32,000 nucleotides of DNA. It comes from Thermococcus kodakarensis KOD1. GTDB lineage: Archaea > Methanobacteriota_B > Thermococci > Thermococcales > Thermococcaceae. The notes under the pieces are model-generated. The model searched no databases. It saw only the letters and a program-made list of their open reading frames with translations, and had not been told where the DNA came from. Every line of letters begins with the position of its first letter. Within the stretch, counting starts at the first letter, position 1. Shown here one piece after another: positions 7,944 to 14,479 of the stretch. The stretch lies in assembly GCF_000009965.1 (NCBI RefSeq), contig NC_006624.1, positions 1,380,001 through 1,412,000 of the forward strand, read 5' to 3'. Made by a program: the position numbers and the translations under genes.

Positions 7944-8990
7944 TCACCTGATCTCAGCCCTCACGAAGCCCAGGTATGCAATAACCGTCCAGAGCACGAG
8001 GTATGCCACCATCATTCCGAGCTCCTTCTTGACGAAGGACAGGCTCTCTGAGAGGCTGTAGCTCGGGGGCTCCTCTTCATCAAAGTCTCTATCGTAATAA
8101 ACGAACCAATCCTCAGAGCCCTTCTCTGGGTTGAGAACGTACTCAGACACCTGGTCGAAGTCATATTCAGGCGATATTATCTGAACGTACTCTATAGTTT
8201 TCCAGTACTTTTTGCTCCACTCCTCAATTTTTTGGCTGTACTCCTCCTGCAGTACCTCCATCTTTTTCTGAATATCCTCCATCTTTGCCATGTCTTCGGG
8301 GGTCACATTTTCACTGCTGAATATGCGCTCCATTTCCTCGTAGTAAGCCCTCAGCTCCTCAGGCTCCTGCGGCCTTGGACCGGCGACGCCGTAGGCAACG
8401 AGCTCCGCCACGGGGAGGGTTAAAGTGGTGAGAATTAAAAAGGCCACTAAGGCGTACATGAGGGCGCTGCCACTTGAGCTGGAGTGGGCCGAAAACGCCA
8501 CCCCCATTGTGAAAAAGACCATGAAGTAGAGGTACATTACGAGGAAGTACATCACCATCCTAGCGTAGCTGTCGATAGTAACGCCTATCCACAGGAGAAG
8601 CCCGGTCATTATGAGGGCAGTTATGAGGACGGAGACCGCCAGCGTTATAGCCCCCCCAAGTATCTTCCCCAGTATCACCTGGTCTCTGAAGACGGGATGC
8701 CCCATCAGAACGTTCATGGTTCTGTTCTCCTTCTCCTTCGTCACGGCGTCGAAGCCGAGGGCTAGGGCAAAGATCCCTCCAACGGAGCCGATAAGGTAGT
8801 TGACGCCCCAGAGGACGTGGTACACCTTGGGAGCTTCATCATCCCCGCCCGGCATGTACATTCCGTACAGGTCCAGTTTAACCAGGATCAGGGACAGTAC
8901 GACTACTGCAAGAAGGAAACCGAACACTACAAAGAACCTTTTACTCGTTAGATTATCTCTAAACTCTTTTTCAGCAATAGCACCGATCAT
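7944..8990 (-). CDS. ABC-2-type transporter permease with a ~118-aa acidic soluble insert
   Basis: N-terminus MIGAIAEKEFRDNLTSKRFF and motif KENRTMNVLMGHPVFRDQVILGKILGG (nt 8658-8732) are typical of ABC-2/NosY-like permeases. Six TM segments. An E/D-rich insert spans aa ~205-322. ATGA overlap with the ATPase gene at 8987-8990. Confidence 0.75.
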   Translation of the reverse strand: MIGAIAEKEFRDNLTSKRFFVVFGFLLAVVVLSLILVKLDLYGMYMPGGDDEAPKVYHVLWGVNYLIGSVGGIFALALGFDAVTKEKENRTMNVLMGHPVFRDQVILGKILGGAITLAVSVLITALIMTGLLLWIGVTIDSYARMVMYFLVMYLYFMVFFTMGVAFSAHSSSSGSALMYALVAFLILTTLTLPVAELVAYGVAGPRPQEPEELRAYYEEMERIFSSENVTPEDMAKMEDIQKKMEVLQEEYSQKIEEWSKKYWKTIEYVQIISPEYDFDQVSEYVLNPEKGSEDWFVYYDRDFDEEEPPSYSLSESLSFVKKELGMMVAYLVLWTVIAYLGFVRAEIR

Positions 8991-9922
8991 AGATTCTTCC
9001 CCCCATAAACAAGCTCCATGAACACATCCTCCAGGGTGGGTTCCTGGAGGTGAACGTCGAGAACCGTGTACCCGGCGCTCTCCAACATCCTGAGGAGCTC
9101 AACCCTGATGTCCCTCTCAGAATAAACCACAAGGCGGTTCTGACCCTCGAGCCTAAGGTCCGCTGCGTCGAGATCAAGCGAGCCAACGTCAATCGGCTCC
9201 ACTGTCTCGGCGACTATCATGTACCTTCCCTCAATGAACTTGCGCTTTATCTCGTCCTGACTGCCGCTGATCAGGAGCTTCCCCTTGGAGATTATGCCTA
9301 TCTCATCGCTTATGATCTCTACTTCAGAGAGGATGTGACTTGAAAACAGGATCGTCTTCCCATCTTTCTTCAGATCCCTGAGAACGTCTCTGAGCTCAAC
9401 TACGCCCCTAGGATCGAGTCCGTTGGTCGGTTCGTCAAGGAACAGGACCAGTGGATCATTTATGAGGGCCTGAGCGAGAAGGAGTCTCTGCTTCATTCCT
9501 GTTGAAAAGCTTCCAACCTTTTTGTCCGCGACATCCTTAAGTCCAACGAGCTCCAGAAGCTCCCTGGCACGCTTCTCTGCCTCGGATTTGGGCATCCTGT
9601 AGAACTTGGCGAAATAAAGCAGATTATCAAGGGCGCTCATGTTGGGGTACAAGCTACCCTCACCAGGCATGTAACCGCTTATCCTCTTAACTTCCACAGG
9701 GTTCTCCTGAACATTTATGCCGTTGACGTACGCCTCCCCCTTTGTAGGCTGAATTAGTCCCAGGAACATCAGTATGGTCGTCGTCTTTCCGGCGCCGTTG
9801 GGCCCAAGGAAGCCGAAGATCGTTCCTTTTTTGACCGCGAGGTTCAGCCCATCAACGGCGACGGTGTCTCCATAAACCTTCGTCAAACCCCTTGCCTCAA
9901 TCATGTTCATACTATCCACCAT
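8987..9922 (-). CDS. ABC transporter ATP-binding protein
   Basis: Walker A GPNGAGKTT, signature FSTGMKQRL, Walker B VLFLDEPTNGLD, H-loop FSSHIL. The start is uncertain: TTG 9925 (track), ATG 9922 (leaderless distance from the TATA at 9943-9949), or ATG 9910/9904 behind GGTGGA. Confidence 0.9.
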   Translation of the reverse strand: MVDSMNMIEARGLTKVYGDTVAVDGLNLAVKKGTIFGFLGPNGAGKTTTILMFLGLIQPTKGEAYVNGINVQENPVEVKRISGYMPGEGSLYPNMSALDNLLYFAKFYRMPKSEAEKRARELLELVGLKDVADKKVGSFSTGMKQRLLLAQALINDPLVLFLDEPTNGLDPRGVVELRDVLRDLKKDGKTILFSSHILSEVEIISDEIGIISKGKLLISGSQDEIKRKFIEGRYMIVAETVEPIDVGSLDLDAADLRLEGQNRLVVYSERDIRVELLRMLESAGYTVLDVHLQEPTLEDVFMELVYGGKNL

Positions 9923-9942
9923 CAATCAGTAACAACTTACAG

Positions 9943-9949
9943 TTATAAA
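9943..9949 (-). promoter_or_regulatory. BRE/TATA candidate for the ABC-permease-surface protein operon
   Basis: The minus strand reads CAAAAAATTTATAAC. The box centre is ~24 nt from the ATG at 9922. Confidence 0.45.
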
Positions 9950-10017
9950 TTTTTTGACTGAAATAGACACGTATTAGTTGATATTGATGAATATTAAATC
10001 CAATAGGTAAGGACAAG

Positions 10018-10025
10018 TTTTTAAG
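10018..10025 (+). promoter_or_regulatory. TATA box candidate for the ykgJ-like gene (leaderless spacing)
   Basis: TTTTTAAG ends 22 nt before the ATG at 10048, and there is no SD in between. The same octamer occurs at the same kind of spacing at 16080-16087. Confidence 0.5.
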
Positions 10026-10047
10026 GCACATCCATGAATGGGGAGCC

Positions 10048-10557
10048 ATGCGCTTTAAACCCAAGCCATTTACAGAACCGGTTGGCTTCCGCTGTCTCTA
10101 CTGCCTCGACTGCTGCAGGGGGAGGCACGTCTACCTGACGCTAAAGGACATCGAAAGGATCGCCAGGACTGGGAAAGACCCACAGGACTTCGTGACTTTC
10201 TCCATTGAAGGCGAAAAAATCCGCTTCGTGCTCTCCGTTAGGGAGTGGGACTTAGGCTGCGTCTTCCACGACCCCGAAACCGGAAAGTGTACTATTCATA
10301 AGGCCAGACCCCTTATCTGCAGGATTTATCCATTCATGGTGTCGAAAAAGCCGCTCGGCGTTGAAGGGGAGAAGTCCTTTGAATACAGGGGAGAAAGGCT
10401 CTGGCTATACTACGACGAGAGCTGTCCGGGAGTAAACGCAGAAGAGCCAGAAACCACGATAACGCCGGAGGAGATAGCGGAGCTCGGGCTAGAGTTCGAA
10501 AAGGAGCTGGAAGAGACTGATATGGACGGTTTAGCCGAACTTCTTGAGAGGCTGTGA
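10048..10557 (+). CDS. YkgJ/UPF0153-family cysteine-cluster protein (CxxCxxCC)
   Basis: FRCLYCLDCCRG (C-x2-C-x2-C-C) sits near the N-terminus, with a later GKCTIHKARPLICRIYPF segment. This is the characteristic layout of the YkgJ zinc/iron-chelating family. The tail is acidic. Confidence 0.75.
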   Translation: MRFKPKPFTEPVGFRCLYCLDCCRGRHVYLTLKDIERIARTGKDPQDFVTFSIEGEKIRFVLSVREWDLGCVFHDPETGKCTIHKARPLICRIYPFMVSKKPLGVEGEKSFEYRGERLWLYYDESCPGVNAEEPETTITPEEIAELGLEFEKELEETDMDGLAELLERL

Positions 10558-10595
10558 ACGCTCACGTTTTTAAGTACCCCGCCTAAATTTCCCCG

Positions 10596-11105
10596 ATGAC
10601 CCAGGAAGAACTCCGCTACCGGCGTGCCTCATCATGGGAGTACGACCTCATCCTCCGTGAGGCGGAAAAGTATGGCGAGCTTAGACATCACTTCTTTGCA
10701 GTAGTTGAGGGCAAGTTCCGTGACGTTTATGCTGTGAATGAGAGGGTGTGGAGAGAGATAGAGAGCCTGGATCTCAAGCCCTACGCCTACGGAACTTTCG
10801 TCGGCACGATAAAGGTCGATAAAAACCTCGTCGAGAAGTTCTATCCAAACATAGAGTTCTTCTACTTCGTAGATGTGCAGAAGAACTACGCAGTTCTAAG
10901 CCCAAAGGCGGGCTTTCTCTTCACGACCGGAAAGGACGTGCCTAAGAGAGGTGTAAGGAAGTATGACTGGCAGGGCACCAAAAAGCTCGTGATTTACGAC
11001 GAAAACGGGATAATCCTTGGAATAGGCAGAATAAATCCAGGGAGCAGAAATAAGTTCATTCTCAACGTCACCGACATCGGGGAGTTTTTGAGGAGAAAGA
11101 GGTAA
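10596..11105 (+). CDS. Nip7-like PUA-domain protein (archaeal homologue of ribosome biogenesis factor NIP7)
   Basis: 169 aa. [21 protein letters not shown]...YAVNERVW and the C-terminal PUA-like [21 protein letters not shown]...[11 protein letters not shown] match my recollection of Pyrococcus Nip7. Not verified by search. Confidence 0.6.
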   Translation: MTQEELRYRRASSWEYDLILREAEKYGELRHHFFAVVEGKFRDVYAVNERVWREIESLDLKPYAYGTFVGTIKVDKNLVEKFYPNIEFFYFVDVQKNYAVLSPKAGFLFTTGKDVPKRGVRKYDWQGTKKLVIYDENGIILGIGRINPGSRNKFILNVTDIGEFLRRKR

Positions 11106-11116
11106 CTTATCACCCT

Positions 11117-11125
11117 CATTTTTAG
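11117..11125 (+). terminator. oligo-T terminator candidate after the Nip7-like gene
   Basis: A T5 run at 11119-11123 lies 14 nt after the TAA stop. Confidence 0.35.
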
Positions 11126-11164
11126 AATCTGTTCTCCCGATAAAACATCACTGTTTACTAAAAA

Positions 11165-11175
11165 TTTTTATAAAA
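11165..11175 (+). promoter_or_regulatory. TATA box candidate for the 11.2-16.1 kb operon
   Basis: TTTTTATAAAA sits in a very AT-rich spacer ~48 nt upstream of GTG 11223. AAGGTGAT (11211-11218) lies between them. Confidence 0.45.
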
Positions 11176-11222
11176 TTTAGATACTATTAAAAAGTGTCAA
11201 AACCTCAAGAAAGGTGATACAT

Positions 11223-11609
11223 GTGAAAAAACCCATAAGATTAAGTTTGGTCCTCCTCCTAGTGAGTTTGATTTCAGCGGCCGGCGCGTCCGCTTGGGTC
11301 TCAAAGCCCACCGTTCTATCGTCAGAATGCCAAAGAATGTATGACCACGACACAGATACCCCCCAGTGGGGCCAAGATGAGTGGGTCTGGGCAGGTGTCT
11401 CCGGATGGCTGATCATATGCAACGGGAGGATAACCGTAGACACCCCAACCGTGAAACACGTCGCGTACTGGTCCAGCGTCACCGTTGACAGATCCCGCGT
11501 CCAGGAGTACACGGGAGCGAAAATATCCTTTACCAGAATACCCTACGAGAGGCACAACGGCGAAACCGGTGGGGCACTTGCACTGATTCCCCACTTTTAT
11601 AAACGTTGA
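11223..11609 (+). CDS. small secreted protein, unknown family
   Basis: The track ORF starts at GTG 11214. GTG 11223 sits 4 nt after AAGGTGAT and gives MKKPIRLSLVLLLVSLISAAGASA, a classical signal peptide. The mature part is Trp-rich with 2 Cys. No family recognised. Confidence 0.6.
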   Translation: MKKPIRLSLVLLLVSLISAAGASAWVSKPTVLSSECQRMYDHDTDTPQWGQDEWVWAGVSGWLIICNGRITVDTPTVKHVAYWSSVTVDRSRVQEYTGAKISFTRIPYERHNGETGGALALIPHFYKR

Positions 11610-11625
11610 ACCCAGGTGACGCCGC

Positions 11626-12363
11626 GTGCGGGCTAAAATCATTTTCGTTCTTTTGTTTTTGATTCTCGCGGAGACGGCCACTGTGTCCGCCGCCCCGGCC
11701 TGGCTTAAATCCGGAACCTACGTGACCTATGCAGTTATCGTTCCGAAGGACGCGAGGTTCGGGACAAACAGCGTTATGATCAAGCTCAACATGCTCAACG
11801 GACGCTCCTTCGAGGCGCTTTATCCTTACCTCACCTGGACGATGGAGAGGAACGTCTCAAGGGATGAGAACTACGTCACCGCACTCTGGCCGATGGGAAC
11901 TTCTTACCTGACCTTCGAGATCCTCTCCGTGAACAACGACACCGCCAAAATCCTCGTCACACTTGAACTCCACGATGTCGTTGTTGAAAGGCCCGACCTC
12001 GCGAACGCTAGCAAGCTCGTGCTCTCAGAGGTTCTCACTCTCGACCTGAAAAACGGGATGTACATGCAAAACGGCACACCCGTTGCCAGGCCGAGCTTTT
12101 TCATAGACCCATCCAATCCACCCAAACCAGGCGCACTCCTGTTGAACGTCACCGTCCCGGAAGGGGGAGTCTGGGTAATGAGAATCAAAAACCTAAGTTA
12201 CTCCCGCTACCGGGACGTTGAGGTTTTGACGCACCTGCGCACGTTTAATCCCCCCTTTATCTACCTCGAATCCGACGTGGTGAGGTTCAACCTCCACGGC
12301 CCGGACTACAGCTTCTCGGGGGGTACGGGCTTCTCTGCCCTCTACGACCCCCCAACGGCCTGA
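11626..12363 (+). CDS. secreted protein, unknown family (possibly the N-terminal part of a split gene)
   Basis: GTG start with AGGTGA at 11613-11618. Signal peptide MRAKIIFVLLFLILAETATVSAAPA. Several N-x-S/T sequons. It ends 8 nt after a C6 run (12348-12353), and its stop overlaps the next ATG (TGATG). Confidence 0.65.
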   Translation: MRAKIIFVLLFLILAETATVSAAPAWLKSGTYVTYAVIVPKDARFGTNSVMIKLNMLNGRSFEALYPYLTWTMERNVSRDENYVTALWPMGTSYLTFEILSVNNDTAKILVTLELHDVVVERPDLANASKLVLSEVLTLDLKNGMYMQNGTPVARPSFFIDPSNPPKPGALLLNVTVPEGGVWVMRIKNLSYSRYRDVEVLTHLRTFNPPFIYLESDVVRFNLHGPDYSFSGGTGFSALYDPPTA

Positions 12364-12647
12364 TGATAGCGTCCGACATGTTCTCAACTCCTCCTGAGCT
12401 AGTTCTAATGGGCGTGATCAGTTCCACGATGGAGGACGTGAACGCCTCGCGGGCCCTCCGCAGGTTTCTTGCCGAAGGCTCAAACAAACGATGGCTCCAG
12501 GGCTGGAACCTCTACGCGACCAACGTGGAGTTTCAGGATGAACATCCCTTCGAGAGACCCAACAGTCCCTTCGTATACTACCTCGTTCTTCTGGCCATTA
12601 TAGCCCTCGCAGTCGGTATCAGGGACTTCTGGAGGTGGGTTCGATGA
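12363..12647 (+). CDS. small protein with C-terminal TM anchor, unknown family (possibly the C-terminal part of the preceding gene)
   Basis: 94 aa with no signal peptide. The C-terminus is PFVYYLVLLAIIALAVGIRDFWRWVR (TM helix plus basic tail). Its stop overlaps the next ATG (ATGA at 12644-12647). Confidence 0.5.
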   Translation: MIASDMFSTPPELVLMGVISSTMEDVNASRALRRFLAEGSNKRWLQGWNLYATNVEFQDEHPFERPNSPFVYYLVLLAIIALAVGIRDFWRWVR

Positions 12648-13413
12648 AAATCCTCTGCTGGGAGCTCGAAGACCCGCTCAACCTAACGGCTTTTGCCTTC
12701 GGCTTCCTGCTCATCGGAACTTCCCTCTTCATCCGGGGAATCAGGGTCTCGACCCATTTCATAGCCTCCCCACCGAGCGAGGACATCATCAGGGCTTCTT
12801 CCTGGAGAGCCATGGGCATCACCGTTCCCCTCCTGTCCGATGAGGTTTACACCACCTTCATGCTAACTGCGGTTCTCCTATCATCGCTCGTCCTGCGGAA
12901 CGACAGGACACACGCTTTGCTCTCTCGCTCTACTCCTTACCCGTAGGGAGAAAGAAACTTGTTCTCACAAAGATTCTGACCGTTTTCATAATGCTCTTTA
13001 CGGCATCCTTCCTCCCGTTCATTCTGACGGTCACCTACATCTTCGGCGATACCGGTGACTTCATACTCACCGCCCTACTCTCGAAGGGCCTACTTCCCCT
13101 GTATCTGTTCTATTGGGCCCTAGCCGTTCTCTACGCGGTCGCGGTTTCTTCCCTGGTGGCGTTGGCCTCTCCCAACACCTTCGTCTCAATAATGGCAGGG
13201 CTTGCCCTTCTCCACGTCCCGTTCTCCCTGGGGATATCCTTTCTGCCCCCCACAGTCCTTAACTTGGCGATATTTCACGCTTACACTTCAGGTACTTCCA
13301 CTTCAGGCTGGGTCTCCGAGTTGGCCTCGTCCGCTTTCATCTCCTGCGTTCTCCTTCCCCTTTTCCTCATCAGACTGACACTGTACGTCGCGGAAAGGAG
13401 GGACGTTAGATGA
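12644..13413 (+). pseudogene. ABC-2-type permease interrupted by a single frameshift (track ORFs 12635..12946 and 12991..13413)
   Basis: The ATG at 12644 follows GGAGGTGG (12631-12638) and gives MKILCWELEDPLNLTAFAFGFLLIG. That frame stops at 12946. The other frame is open from 12844 and encodes ..FALSLYSLPVGRKKLVLTKILTVFIMLF.. but has no ATG/GTG/TTG before 12991. Joined, it reads NDRTHA(F)ALSLYSLPVGRKKLVLTKIL, which parallels KENRTMNVLMGHPVFRDQVILGKIL of the intact permease at 7944..8990. Confidence 0.55.
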
Positions 13414-13826
13414 GGTTCCCCAGGCTCATCCTCTTCCTTATCACGGCCTTCACACTGGTGGCGCTCACGGTTCAGCACGTCGAGCTCTCGAAGCCGTATT
13501 CGGACTTTGCAGTTGGGGCATCGTGCACCGTCGTTCCCTCCGCGAGGGTTCTCGTCCTCAACGTGAACAGTGAGGGCCACTACTCGGTGACATTCTACGA
13601 CCCCGTTGAGGATAGGGTCGTCAAATCCACCGTCCAAGATAGTGGGAGAACAGTTGTCGAGTTCAACCATTCCGGCCCCTACTGCGTCGTAGTCTCAGCT
13701 GAAGCACCCACTTCCGTGGCGATCTCCGGCCGGGAGAGTTACCCGTCTTCAAAAGCCCTCTCAATCGAGTACATCACAGGAGGTACCTCTGCCCTTCTCT
13801 TCACCCTTCTGGGGGTGAGGAGATGA
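13410..13826 (+). CDS. small bitopic surface protein (N-terminal signal/anchor, C-terminal TM), unknown family
   Basis: MRFPRLILFLITAFTLVALTV... a beta-rich ~95-aa core ... YITGGTSALLFTLLGVRR. ATGA overlaps at both ends (13410-13413 and 13823-26). GGAAAGGAGGGA lies upstream. Confidence 0.6.
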   Translation: MRFPRLILFLITAFTLVALTVQHVELSKPYSDFAVGASCTVVPSARVLVLNVNSEGHYSVTFYDPVEDRVVKSTVQDSGRTVVEFNHSGPYCVVVSAEAPTSVAISGRESYPSSKALSIEYITGGTSALLFTLLGVRR

Positions 13827-14479
13827 TCATTCGGGCAGAGCATCTAACGAAGCATTTTGGCCACGTAATCGCGCTCGACTCCTTGGACCTTGAAATTGAG
13901 GAGGGAGTTACCCTCATTATGGGACCCAACGGTGGGGGAAAGAGCACGTTCCTGAACCTCTGCGCAGGAACTTATCGACCGACGGCCGGGACCATAAGGG
14001 TGTTCGGCGGTGACCCCTGGGCCAATGAAAAGGTTAGGGTGAAGCTCGGCGTATCCTTTGACCCTCCCGCCCTGCCAAAGCACAGAACGGGCCGTGAGTG
14101 GCTTGAGTTCCTGGCTGGAATCCGGGGGAGCCCACTGTCGGATATCGTCGAGGCTTTCTCCCTAATGGGCTTTCTCAACAGGAGGATTTCAACTTACTCG
14201 GCAGGGATGGCAAAGCGCCTGAGCATAGCATCCGCCTTTGTGGGTACTCCTGAGCTGATTCTGCTGGATGAGCCCCTCGCCAACCTTGACTTTGACGCGA
14301 TACCCGAAATAGCGAGCCTGTTGAGACGTTTTGCCTCCGAGGGTATCTCGATGGTTATAGTCTCCCACGTATGGAAGCCCTTCGTCGGGTTCGCCGACAG
14401 GGCGGTTGTTATGGCTGGGGGGAGGGTGAAGTTCCATGGGGAAATTGAGGAGGTTGTTTCTGCTCTCAATCTTGTTTAG
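13823..14479 (+). CDS. ABC transporter ATP-binding protein (short, 218 aa)
   Basis: Walker A GPNGGGKST, signature variant YSAGMAKRL, Walker B LILLDEPLANLD, H-loop VSHV. Confidence 0.9.
   Translation: MIIRAEHLTKHFGHVIALDSLDLEIEEGVTLIMGPNGGGKSTFLNLCAGTYRPTAGTIRVFGGDPWANEKVRVKLGVSFDPPALPKHRTGREWLEFLAGIRGSPLSDIVEAFSLMGFLNRRISTYSAGMAKRLSIASAFVGTPELILLDEPLANLDFDAIPEIASLLRRFASEGISMVIVSHVWKPFVGFADRAVVMAGGRVKFHGEIEEVVSALNLV

Noticed and set aside
11177-11681. Minus-strand ORFs 11177..11512 and 11322..11681 in the unknown operon
   Set aside because: They are antisense to two plus-strand ORFs that have SD sites and clean signal peptides. The minus-strand products have neither.
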